Under the pieces are notes generated by a model. The model saw nothing but the letters and a program-made list of their open reading frames with translations, was not told the DNA's origin and did not search any database. Below, one piece after another: positions 10,170-19,402 of a DNA stretch of 64,000 nucleotides. Positions within the stretch are counted from its first letter, which is position 1; every line of letters starts with the position of its first letter. The position numbers and the translations under genes are program-made. The DNA is from Trueperaceae bacterium (GTDB lineage: Bacteria; Deinococcota; Deinococci; Deinococcales; Trueperaceae), in contig CBDCDZ010000004.1 of assembly GCA_965215565.1 (NCBI GenBank), forward strand, positions 2,240,001 to 2,304,000, given 5' to 3'.

Positions 10170-11894
10170 TCACGCGCCTTTTATACGCTTGAAAAAGGCT
10201 GCGTCAGAGATGAGCGTCTCATGCATTTCAGCGACGAGATAGATTCGGAAGGCGCTCCGGTTGGGCGGCATGTTGGGCTGCCGCAGCGCACGCTTGCCGA
10301 GGCGCTGCACCCTTTCCGGAAGGCGACGTTTGAGCGCCTGCAGCAAGCGCCGCTGGCTGAACGCCGAATCCTCACTCGTAGGGGTTGCGACGCTTAAATT
10401 CTCGGCGACGTGCCCTATAAAAGGCGCAGGAAAAATATCCGCGGCTCGGCTCGAGCTGAGCACGTCGCGCAGATAGGCGACGACTCGCGCGTCCCTAAGC
10501 AGATCGCCCCTAGCGCGCGTCGCTTCGCGCGTTGCGAAAGCGATGCCAGGTCCCTCCTCGGAGACGATGTCTCTAAAGAGCTGCTTATTGGTCCTTAGAA
10601 CATCGGGTAAGGTCCGTACCTGCTTCACTAACCTGCCGGTGATAAGAGGATTGAAGAGTTCGACGTACGGACAGGTGAGGTCACTCAGTGCGGCGAGCAC
10701 CGAGGGAACTCTAAATTCATGGTAGAGGCGGTCGCGCCAGAGCGCTAGACTCTCTTCCGGCTGCTGATGTAGCGCCTCTGGCAGGGGCTGCGCAGGCAAG
10801 TGCGCCTCCAAGTTTTGAAAGTCGCTTGTGAGAAGAAGCCCTAACGAGCGGCGGACGTCCCACACAGTATTGACTCGGTTCCAGCCGAAACCCTCATCGC
10901 CCCGGACGACTCCCTCAATTCCCCCCTCGAACAGGCGTTTCCAAATCTCGAAGCCGTCGGTATAGGCGTAGACGTGGTCGATTCTGCCCTCGCCCGCGAT
11001 TAGAAAGCGGCGAAAGATCACCTCGGTGGGCTCGTCCGAAGCGTCCGTTTCGAAGTAGCGATGTCGAGTGCCGAAGTGTGCAGCGAGCGCCTTAGCGACG
11101 TAAGCGTCGCTCTGTTTATCCTCTAAGGCACTCTTTTTACCCCAAGTAAGCGTCTGGAGCCCCTCGCGCCCTCCTAAGCCCATCAGAATAGCCCGGCTGT
11201 CGTAACCTCCAGAGAGAGGTAGCGCCCACTTGCTGTAGTCTAAGTCGAGGCTACCCAGCACATCCTCTAAGGTCTCCCTCAGCCGCCGCTTATGCTCCTC
11301 TAAACTGAGGCTTTCAGGTTGAAACGTAGCGGGGGTCTGCTCAGCGCTGAGATGCCACGTAACTCGGTCGAGGCGGAGACGCGCGTCCCCCCGGAGGCAT
11401 CTGAGTCGCCGGTCCCAAACGTTGTCGGGACCCAGATGACCCGCTGAAAGCATCCAAAGAGGAGCCGTCTCGTCAGGTTCGAAGCTTCCTAGCAGCGCGA
11501 TGATGGCACGCTGTGAGGTCGCCGCGATGAAAACCGTATCCGTCTGCACATACCAAATCGTACGCGAGGCGAGCACGTCACTCACGATCTCTACAGTATC
11601 TGCGTCGCTGCGGAAAAGGGCAAAGGTACCTTCGGGAACGCTCGCCCCAGGACGCCACCAGTCTGGCGAAGAATCAATTCTCTTACCTAACAGCAGGCTC
11701 GCTCGCTGCGTCAGCGCAGTGCCGCTAGGGTTATAGGCGACGATGCTGACGCCGCTATGCTCGAGGTAGCGAGGCTGCTGAGCCTCGATGTTATCTGGGA
11801 GTAGCCGCTCACTCAGGCGTTCCAGGCGCTCACGCAGCCCCGCCCAAGAGACGTCATCTGCATTTCTCGGGCAGACTAGTACCGCTTTCGACAC
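10170..11894 (-). CDS. Asparagine-synthase-related ATP pyrophosphatase (probable polysaccharide amidotransferase)
   Basis: LPLSGGYDSR PP-loop and RGDEGFG; located in a glycan cluster. Confidence 0.75.
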   Translation of the reverse strand: MSKAVLVCPRNADDVSWAGLRERLERLSERLLPDNIEAQQPRYLEHSGVSIVAYNPSGTALTQRASLLLGKRIDSSPDWWRPGASVPEGTFALFRSDADTVEIVSDVLASRTIWYVQTDTVFIAATSQRAIIALLGSFEPDETAPLWMLSAGHLGPDNVWDRRLRCLRGDARLRLDRVTWHLSAEQTPATFQPESLSLEEHKRRLRETLEDVLGSLDLDYSKWALPLSGGYDSRAILMGLGGREGLQTLTWGKKSALEDKQSDAYVAKALAAHFGTRHRYFETDASDEPTEVIFRRFLIAGEGRIDHVYAYTDGFEIWKRLFEGGIEGVVRGDEGFGWNRVNTVWDVRRSLGLLLTSDFQNLEAHLPAQPLPEALHQQPEESLALWRDRLYHEFRVPSVLAALSDLTCPYVELFNPLITGRLVKQVRTLPDVLRTNKQLFRDIVSEEGPGIAFATREATRARGDLLRDARVVAYLRDVLSSSRAADIFPAPFIGHVAENLSVATPTSEDSAFSQRRLLQALKRRLPERVQRLGKRALRQPNMPPNRSAFRIYLVAEMHETLISDAAFFKRIKGA

Positions 11895-12157
11895 ATTGCG
11901 TCCTCTCTACTGCTCAAGTTACAACAGCGCTAAAATCAGTACACTATAAGGACGCCTGGTTACACGTTCCATACATAAAATCACAAGGCTGAAAATCACA
12001 AGTAACAAACAAGGGGTTTCAACCCCTTGCTTTGACACCACGTCCAGATAGAGCCACTACCTCACAAGGCTGACTTCTGCTGTCTCATACCTCTTCAGGG
12101 CGACCTCGGCGAACGTGTATCTGCGCTCACTTGGCTGAGGCAAAGCGGCAACGCACT

Positions 12158-12895
12158 CTAACGGCTCGGTGAGGTTTCGCGTACCAGCCGTACGAACCGT
12201 GCGAGCCTCGGAAAGCGGTGCCACCTCTTGCGGTCTAGTCCGACGCGGTATGCCCATTCGAGCCTGAGCGCCCGCGTCCAAGGTGGCGTCCTCTTGACCT
12301 CGCCCGAGAGCACGTCGAGCGCCCCGCCCACGCCGATCATCAGCGGCACGCCCAAGGCGTCTCTATGGCTGTCCAAGAAAAGTTCTTGCCCTTCGCCCAA
12401 ACCTGCCAGCAAGAGGTGGGCGTCACTGCGGGCGACGTGCTCGAGGACGCGCGGCACCTCATCAGGACGCCTGAAGTAACCGTGCTCCACGCCCGCAATA
12501 ACCGTGCCGTAACGCCCACGCGCCACCTCCGCTGCCCGCTGCGCCACGCCCGGTTTCGCCCCCAAAAAGTAGACGCGCAGCCGCGCCCCGCCCAATGCCA
12601 GAATCCGCTCCATTAATTCGACGCCCGGCACGCGCCCCGGCAGCGTCACGCCGAAGCGCCGCGCCGCCCAAGTGATGCCGACGCCGTCAGCGACGGTGAG
12701 GTCAGCGCCCCGCAGGGCGCGTTTGAGGTCTGGATGCGTCTCGGCTTGCACTACGATTTCGGGATTTAGTGTGACGAGGAGTTTGGGAGAGCCCGCGTTC
12801 AGACACTGCGCCACGCTCCACTGCGCCGCCTCGTCCAGGGTACAGCGCGCAACCTTGTAGCCGAGCACATCGACCTCTTGCACCGCCTCGTTCAC
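12158..12895 (-). CDS. WecB/TagA/CpsF family glycosyltransferase
   Basis: VTLNPE, ADGVGI, RVPGVEL, IGVGGALD and LEWAYR motifs. Confidence 0.92.
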   Translation of the reverse strand: MNEAVQEVDVLGYKVARCTLDEAAQWSVAQCLNAGSPKLLVTLNPEIVVQAETHPDLKRALRGADLTVADGVGITWAARRFGVTLPGRVPGVELMERILALGGARLRVYFLGAKPGVAQRAAEVARGRYGTVIAGVEHGYFRRPDEVPRVLEHVARSDAHLLLAGLGEGQELFLDSHRDALGVPLMIGVGGALDVLSGEVKRTPPWTRALRLEWAYRVGLDRKRWHRFPRLARFVRLVRETSPSR

Positions 12896-13065
12896 GGTTG
12901 GACGTACCTAAAAGAGACTCGAGCTTTAATGCTTTTGAACCCGCGCACGTGAAAGATAGTAACACGCGCCTGTCGAACTGTCCTGTCGAACTGCCCCATC
13001 AACCTATTCGGGCGGCTGCAACGCATCTGACGGTTCGCTCGCGCCTCGCGCGGTAGGCTTGCTTC

Positions 13066-14634
13066 GTGTCCACTTCACCCGAATCCTTCAGCGAGCGCTA
13101 TCTCGGGGGCGCGCTGTCCGACTTTTACAGCCTCGAGCCCACCGACGTGGGCGCAGCCCTGGACCTACCGCGCGCCGCCGACAGGGACGCCCTCACCCGA
13201 GCCCTGCGCCGCTACGCCGACAAGCTGAACGCGCCAGGAGCCGTTTTCACCTCTTTGGACGCTCTGACGCACAGGGACAGTCGCGCCGTCGTCACCGGGC
13301 AACAAGTCGGACTTTTACTCGGACCGCTCTACACCCTCTCTAAAGCGGTTACGGCGGTCAATCTGGCCCGAAGGCTCAGCACTGAAGAGAAGCCCGTCGT
13401 GCCGATTTTCTGGCTCGCCTCGCAAGACGGCGACAGCGACGAGATCAATCACGCTTACCTGCTGGGCTTTGACGAGAAACTGCGCAGGCTCGAGCTTCCC
13501 CTACCCGCTGACGTGCCTGCTGGACGAATCAGGCTCGAGCCGAGTTGGGTAGAGACCGTCACTGCCTCTCTGCGCGCGCTGAGCGCTCACGAGCCCTACA
13601 AAGAGGCTTACCGAGACGAGGTGCTAGAACTCGTCTCGAGCGCCGCCGAACGCGCCGAGACGGTTGCGGACTGGTTCGCCGCAATGCTCTACGACCTCTT
13701 AGGCGCTGAGGGGCTCGTCATCCTTAACCCCTTGGAGCCCGACGTCGCGCCCCTCTTCCGCCCTACTATAGAAGCTGAGTTAGACGAGCCAAGGGCGTCC
13801 TCGCTAGCCATCAACGGCGCAGGCGAAAAGCTCCGTGAAAGGGGCTTCGCGCCGCAACTCGGGCGCGGCGAGGAGGCGACGAACCTCTTTTTAGAAGAGG
13901 ACGGTCAACGTCGCTTGCTCCGCTTTGGCGAGCCCGAGTTCTATACCGAACGCAACCTCTACACCTCGGACGACCTGAGAAAGATTCTGGACGAAGACCC
14001 GAGCCGCCTCACACCCGCCGCAGGCTTGCGCCCCATCACCCAAGACGCTGCGCTACCTACCGCCGCCACCGTCGTCGGGCCGGGCGAGCTGCGCTACTTC
14101 GCGCAACTCAAAGGGGTGTACGAAGCGCACTGCGTCGCGATGCCTCTCATCTACCCGCGCATGGAGGTCACAATCTTAGAGCCACCCGCGCGGCGTATTT
14201 TAGAAAAGTACAACCTCTCTGCTGAAGCGGTGCAAGCGGACTTTGGTTCTATCTACGACGAGTTGCTTCTAAATCTACGGGGTCACGGTGAAGCGTTCGA
14301 GCGGAGTTTGAGTGAGCTAGAGAGGGTAGCGAAAAACCTCACGGCGCACGTCGCGGCGATCGACCCGACGCTAGAACGAACCGTGGAGCGCGGCGAGGAA
14401 CACATGCGTAAGACCGTGGAACGCTTCCGCTTCAAGAGCGCGCGCGCCCTGCGCAAAAGAGACACCCTCGCGTCTGAGCAGTTCAAGCGGTTAAAAGCGC
14501 ACCTCTTGCCGACGGGCAAACCCCAAGAGCGCGTGCTGAGCCCCTTCAGCTTCTTTTTGAAACTCGGCGCGAAGAACGTGGTGGAGCGTCTTTTAGCGCT
14601 CCCCGCCGAACGCTCGCATGAGGTGAAGTTCTAG
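13066..14634 (+). CDS. bshC: Bacillithiol biosynthesis cysteine-adding enzyme
   Basis: VVTGQQVGLLLGPLYTLSK, FWLASQD, GPGELRYFAQL, PQERVL. Confidence 0.92.
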   Translation: MSTSPESFSERYLGGALSDFYSLEPTDVGAALDLPRAADRDALTRALRRYADKLNAPGAVFTSLDALTHRDSRAVVTGQQVGLLLGPLYTLSKAVTAVNLARRLSTEEKPVVPIFWLASQDGDSDEINHAYLLGFDEKLRRLELPLPADVPAGRIRLEPSWVETVTASLRALSAHEPYKEAYRDEVLELVSSAAERAETVADWFAAMLYDLLGAEGLVILNPLEPDVAPLFRPTIEAELDEPRASSLAINGAGEKLRERGFAPQLGRGEEATNLFLEEDGQRRLLRFGEPEFYTERNLYTSDDLRKILDEDPSRLTPAAGLRPITQDAALPTAATVVGPGELRYFAQLKGVYEAHCVAMPLIYPRMEVTILEPPARRILEKYNLSAEAVQADFGSIYDELLLNLRGHGEAFERSLSELERVAKNLTAHVAAIDPTLERTVERGEEHMRKTVERFRFKSARALRKRDTLASEQFKRLKAHLLPTGKPQERVLSPFSFFLKLGAKNVVERLLALPAERSHEVKF

Positions 14635-14660
14635 GTTGAGCAACTCACACATTTTGAATA

Positions 14661-14771
14661 TAGCAGGTATCATCTGGTTTGAGCCAATCTCACATGATAG
14701 AACAACGACTAGCACGCACATTATCGGATAATATCTGCGCTATTTCAGTCCAATACTTCTGATAACCGCTA
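14661..14771 (+). mobile_element. MITE-like repeat, family A (compact copy, TA-flanked)
   Basis: TA-TAGCAGGTATCA...TGATAACCGCTA-TA; near-identical inverted copy at 44634-44791. Confidence 0.75.
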
Positions 14772-14890
14772 TAGTCGTCAGATAGTGACTTTGGGGCATA
14801 TCCAGCAGGTTCGCGCATCGTCAAAATTCAAGCTGTGATGTCCGAAGATAACGCTGACCTCTTGTGTAGCGGAGAAGTCGAGAGTAGGTT

Positions 14891-16027
14891 ATGACCAAAC
14901 CCAAAATCGCCATCGGCTGGATTCTCGCCTCAAAGCTCACCGACACCGCGCTCGCGGCGCGCTACGACGAGGCGAGCGAAAGGCTGCTCGCACACCTTCA
15001 GGCGCAGTTCCCTTCGTTTAACTGGCAGCTTGAGCGCGTCGAGCGCCGCGCTTTTCCCGCCGCCGGGCTCCTCAAACCGCTTCCCCTCTTAGAACTCGGC
15101 GCAGAGGAGAAACTCCATCACCAGTGGGACTTTGCTCTCGTCGTCGTGCCGAACGATCTAGAGCCGAGGCAACGCATCTCGACTTTAGGAATTCCCTCAT
15201 CGGCGCTCGAAGTGGCGGTGCTCTCGAGCGCCCGCCTCGGCCCTCACGACGCGCTCCCCGAACGTTTAGCCACCCTCGCGCTGCACCTCTTAGGACACCT
15301 CTTCACCCTGGAATATGCCGACGAGGGCCCGATGTGCCCGCCAGATGAGGTAGCGCGGCTCACCTTAGAGCCCTTCCCGAAAGCGCAGTACGAAACCGCG
15401 CAAGATGCGCTGCGAGATGTAGCGGACGCGAGGCTCGAGGAGACCAACACCCGTTGGAACGTCGTCACCTTCTACTTCCGCGCCTTTTTCAGCGATCCGA
15501 GTTCTATAATGCGGAGCATCTGGGGTTACGCGCCCTGGAAGATGCCGCTCTATCTGGGGCGTTTGACGGCGACGGTCATCGTCTCGCTGCTGTTCTTGCT
15601 CCTCACCGCCGAGTCGTGGGAGGCGGGCACGAACTCGCGGCTCGTTTGGCTCCTCGCTGGCTCGGGGGCGGCGATCACGGCCTCGAGCCTGTTCATCTTC
15701 TACGGACAAAATTTAGAGCAGCTCGGTCACGGCCCCGGCAGCGGCTGGAGCGAACAACTCGCCCGGAGCCGCATTGTCTTATTCGGCACGCTCTTCGCCG
15801 GGATGATTTCGCTCTGGTTCGTCCTCTTCTTCTTGCTATTCATGGTCTCCTACGCGCTCCCTCTCGGCGTCGTTGCAGGCTGGTCAGGCTTCGAGCCCGC
15901 CGACTTGCCCCGCCTCAATTACGTGATGTTCATGGCGTCGATTGGAATTTTGGCGGCGGCGCTAGGTGGAAATTTGGAGGACGAGGGGGAGATTAAAGCG
16001 GCGCTGTTTTTCGACGAAGAGGTTTGA
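14891..16027 (+). CDS. Membrane protein: degenerate archaemetzincin-like N-domain plus ~4 TM C-domain
   Basis: AVLSSARL...ERLATLALHLLGHLFTLEY..GPM, then hydrophobic helices with TAESWEAG and ASIG; SD-like sequence upstream. Confidence 0.6.
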   Translation: MTKPKIAIGWILASKLTDTALAARYDEASERLLAHLQAQFPSFNWQLERVERRAFPAAGLLKPLPLLELGAEEKLHHQWDFALVVVPNDLEPRQRISTLGIPSSALEVAVLSSARLGPHDALPERLATLALHLLGHLFTLEYADEGPMCPPDEVARLTLEPFPKAQYETAQDALRDVADARLEETNTRWNVVTFYFRAFFSDPSSIMRSIWGYAPWKMPLYLGRLTATVIVSLLFLLLTAESWEAGTNSRLVWLLAGSGAAITASSLFIFYGQNLEQLGHGPGSGWSEQLARSRIVLFGTLFAGMISLWFVLFFLLFMVSYALPLGVVAGWSGFEPADLPRLNYVMFMASIGILAAALGGNLEDEGEIKAALFFDEEV

Positions 16028-16109
16028 AAGGTTTACACAGGAGATACGATCCAGATTTCTTCCGCCGCGCAAAGAGATAACCCATAGCGGTAGCTACGGG
16101 TTAAATAGC

Positions 16110-16487
16110 CTAGACTCCTGTAGAGAAGTTTAGCTGTTCGGACAGTTTGGCTCGAGCGCTTCTAGCTTCTCGATAGCGAAAGCGACACACTCTGACAAGG
16201 TTTCTGCCCGAGTTTCCACTATAACGTCGGGAAACGAACAGGCAAAACGACTCGTTCCAATCTCTGCTACCAAGATAACGTGTGTCAGTATAGGAAGAAC
16301 TAACACGCGCACGTAATACCTTGTTTTCTAAGCCTCCACCCAGAAACTCGAACTTACTTCTCGTATCCGCCGCGGGAGGGTAGACTCTCAGATACCCGGC
16401 GAGCGCATCTGTGTGGAGCAAATTGGATTCAGAAAACGTCTTGATGTCCCACGTTGCCTCAAACTGTCTATTTTTTTTACCGTCCAT
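16110..16487 (-). pseudogene. Possible frameshifted gene remnant, unknown function
   Basis: AT-richer segment with two overlapping minus-strand frames (16110..16487 and 16130..16312); no recognisable motif. Confidence 0.2.
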
Positions 16488-16677
16488 GATGTAGATGCCC
16501 GGCTTATTCCGGGTTTGAATATGTTGACCACGGCTAGTTTACCTCTGCAATTCAAGCGGCGCGAAGTTAAGCGGTTGAATGGTGGAGGGGCGGCGGAGAT
16601 ACTTTGCGCTTAATCGCCCGAGCCCCCATCCTACCTGCTAAACTGAGTTTATCCGCATTTGTAAATGGAGAAAAATT

Positions 16678-16878
16678 ATGCGCGACTTTTTTAGAGAACT
16701 AGGGAAGATCGAGATTAGTCCTTTAGGGTTAATCGTAGTGGTAGCGGTTGGCTATATCGCTCTTATTTCTGCGCTAGCGTCTTATATAGGCGAGCCAGAC
16801 TTAGTAGTGAGCAACGTAGCGGCTCTAGGAGGAGCCTTTTTAGGCTCTTTCCTCATGTCAGCCCTTTTAAGTCGGTAA
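16678..16878 (+). CDS. Small 2-TM membrane protein
   Basis: GGAG SD before ATG; two hydrophobic segments; downstream hairpin. Confidence 0.6.
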   Translation: MRDFFRELGKIEISPLGLIVVVAVGYIALISALASYIGEPDLVVSNVAALGGAFLGSFLMSALLSR

Positions 16879-16925
16879 CCCTAGCTGTCACCGAAAGCTG
16901 AATTTACCCTTTAGTTTTTGGTACG

Positions 16926-16961
16926 GAGATGTAGGCTTACGCCTGCATCTCTTCACTTTTT
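16926..16961 (+). terminator. Probable intrinsic terminator
   Basis: GAGATGTAGGC-TTAC-GCCTGCATCTC followed by TTCACTTTTT. Confidence 0.55.
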
Positions 16962-17090
16962 GCTCAGAGCGTAGGCGTAAGGGGATGGAATCCCCTCTGT
17001 CAACCTTGCGTTCTTCGCCAGGGCGCAGGTGATCGCTGGGTCTCGAGCTTTCTCACTTTCCCCCCTCAAAGAGGTGCGCTACACTGCGCT

Positions 17091-17717
17091 ATGGATTTTC
17101 AAACGGAGCGCGAACTCAAATTTTCTTTAATGGACGAGTCGCTAGAAGAGGAGGCGTTGCAACTCGGCTTGGAGACGGAGGGTTTCAGCCTCGGACCTCA
17201 GCGTGTGGAGGTGCACCGTGACCTCTACTTCGACACGAGAAGAGGTCATTTGGAGCGCTCAGGCTTGGCGCTCAGGCGGCGCGTGATCAACGGCGGCGCG
17301 CCTCTCGCGACGCTCAAGGCGGCGGGCACGGCGCGGGGGGCGTTGCACGTCAGGGACGAGCTAGAGCTTCCATTCGAGGGTGAGGCGTGGCCGCGAGAGG
17401 TCCGCATGAGAGTGGCGGAGGTTGCGCCGCTCATCTCGCTGCAGCCCGTGGTGGCGCTGACGACGGAGCGCACCCGCTACCTCGTAGGGCGCAGAGGGGA
17501 AGAGGTGGCAGAGCTATCTTTCGATAGCGTGGAGGCGAAACGCTCGGGGGAAGAGGTGAGCGTGCATTTTGCGGAGTTAGAAATCGAGGCGCTACGGGCG
17601 GACGCTGACTTGGAGCGTATCGCGGGGGTGCTCGGTAAACTCTTAGCGCTCACCCCGAGCGGCGTGAATAAGCTAGAGCGCGCTTTGGCCCTTCTCAGTT
17701 TGGGCGCGTGGGCTTAA
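17091..17717 (+). CDS. CYTH domain protein
   Basis: ERELKF, DLYFDT, LALRRR, TLK and ELEIE motifs. Confidence 0.9.
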   Translation: MDFQTERELKFSLMDESLEEEALQLGLETEGFSLGPQRVEVHRDLYFDTRRGHLERSGLALRRRVINGGAPLATLKAAGTARGALHVRDELELPFEGEAWPREVRMRVAEVAPLISLQPVVALTTERTRYLVGRRGEEVAELSFDSVEAKRSGEEVSVHFAELEIEALRADADLERIAGVLGKLLALTPSGVNKLERALALLSLGAWA

Positions 17718-17741
17718 ACCTATGGATTTGGGAGCACAAGT

Positions 17742-18311
17742 GTGACGCTCTACCTCATTCGCCACGCGCAAGCCGACGCGCGCGGACCCAAATATCCTGA
17801 CGACAGTCTTCGTCCACTCGTTGCCAAAGGTCACAAGCAAGCAAAGGCGCTAGCGAGGGCGTTTCATGTTCTTGGCGTACGGTTGGATAGACTGTTCTCG
17901 AGCCCCTACACTAGAGCGCTGGAGACCGCCCAGCCGTTGGGGGAGCAGCTCGAGGTGAAAGTTGAAACGCTCGCCGAACTGACCTCTTCGCGTTATCCAC
18001 AGCTCTTGGGGCGGCTTGTGGATAAGGGTGTGGATAAGGGTGTGGACAACCTCATGCACGAAGGGGCGAGCGAACCTGTGGATAAGGGTGTGGATAACTC
18101 GAGAAGTAGCACCGCAGACGGCGCGCACGTCGCCCTCGTCGGTCACGAACCCTACCTGAGCGAGCTGACCTCTTACCTCTTGACGGGGGACGCTTGGGAG
18201 GTCAGCATAAAATTCAAAAAAGCGATGGTGGTGCAACTCGGGGGACGCTTGGAGGCGGGTAAAATGACGCTTCAAATGATGACGCCCGTGAGCGTGTACA
18301 GGAAGTTTTAG
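17742..18311 (+). CDS. sixA: Phosphohistidine phosphatase SixA with an internal VDKG-repeat insertion
   Basis: LYLIRHA, SSPYTRALETA, ALVGHEP; adjacent to the CYTH gene. Confidence 0.85.
   Translation: MTLYLIRHAQADARGPKYPDDSLRPLVAKGHKQAKALARAFHVLGVRLDRLFSSPYTRALETAQPLGEQLEVKVETLAELTSSRYPQLLGRLVDKGVDKGVDNLMHEGASEPVDKGVDNSRSSTADGAHVALVGHEPYLSELTSYLLTGDAWEVSIKFKKAMVVQLGGRLEAGKMTLQMMTPVSVYRKF
17993..18097. promoter_or_regulatory. Cluster of six DnaA boxes inside sixA
   Basis: TTATCCACA at 17993-18001; TGTGGATAA at 18017, 18029, 18077 and 18089; TGTGGACAA at 18041. Confidence 0.85.
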
Positions 18312-18369
18312 CGCGCAGCTTCGTTCTATAGCGCCTACTCCGCCCTCGCGAGGTCCGTTATGGTGAGCT

Positions 18370-19314
18370 ATGGAGAGAGTGGAAGAACGTCCTGTTTTAG
18401 TCATCGCGGGTGCGTCCGGTGTCGTCGGTACGCACCTCATCCATCAGGCTAGAGAGCGCTACAACATCCGCATCCTGACGCGCCGCAGCAACATCCAAAC
18501 GCCTGCGGGCGTCACGCCTGTCGTGTGGAACCCGACTGCGGCTAAAGAGGGAGACGAGGCGGCGCTGCTCAGCGTCGGTGAAGCGCTTTCGGGCGCGGCG
18601 GCGCTCGTCAACCTTGCGGGTGCGTCGATTGCGGACGGAAGGCTGGGCGAAGACCATAAACGCCGCGTCCTGGAGAGCCGCGTCGACAGCACGAAGACGC
18701 TTTTGGCAGCGCATAAACGTAGCGCCGCGCCGCCGGGCGTCTGGCTGCAAGGCTCAGCGACGGGCTATTACGGCGACGCGGGCGAACGCGAACTCACAGA
18801 GGACGCGCCGAGCGCCGAGGATTTCTTTCTCGCGGACGTGTGTAAAGCGTGGGAAGCAGCCGCCGAGAACGCGAACGGTGCACGTCTCATCGTCAGCCGC
18901 ACCGGGCTCGTTCTCGCCCAAGATGCCCCCGCGTGGCAAAAAATGCTCTTGCCCATCAAACTTTTCGTGGGCGGGCGCTTCGGCGACGGCGAGCAGTGGT
19001 ATCCGTGGATCGACGCCGACGACCTCGCGCGGGCGCTGCTCTTTCTTACCGAAAATAGCGAGAGTAAAGGCGTCTACAACCTCTCTGCGCCGGAGCCCGT
19101 GCGCCAGATTGAGCTTGTCGAGCGGGCAGCGCGGCGCTTAGGACGCCCCGCCATCTTCCCCACACCTGCGCCGCTCCTGCGCCTAGCCATTGGTGAAGTC
19201 GCGGACGCGCTCCTCTTGCCGAGCGCCAAGGTGATACCAGCGAAGCTGCAAGCCGAAGGCTTCACCTTTCAGCGCGCGCATATAGGGGATGAATTGGATA
19301 AGCTTCTCGCCTGA
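18370..19314 (+). CDS. TIGR01777-family NAD-dependent epimerase (YfcH-like)
   Basis: IAGASGVVG, VNLAG, SATGYYG, GGRFGDGEQWYPWI. Confidence 0.92.
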   Translation: MERVEERPVLVIAGASGVVGTHLIHQARERYNIRILTRRSNIQTPAGVTPVVWNPTAAKEGDEAALLSVGEALSGAAALVNLAGASIADGRLGEDHKRRVLESRVDSTKTLLAAHKRSAAPPGVWLQGSATGYYGDAGERELTEDAPSAEDFFLADVCKAWEAAAENANGARLIVSRTGLVLAQDAPAWQKMLLPIKLFVGGRFGDGEQWYPWIDADDLARALLFLTENSESKGVYNLSAPEPVRQIELVERAARRLGRPAIFPTPAPLLRLAIGEVADALLLPSAKVIPAKLQAEGFTFQRAHIGDELDKLLA

Positions 19315-19402
19315 AGTCTATCTTTTGGAAAAAATATGTACATTCTGACATTTCCCTAGCGCTCACCCCGTCACCGCCCGTTTCTTGGTACGCTAGTTCA
19401 CT

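Noticed and set aside
17993..18097. DnaA-box cluster as oriC
   Set aside because: It is intragenic, has no obvious AT-rich unwinding element or DnaA-trio run, and no dnaA/dnaN is in the window; kept as a non-origin cluster.
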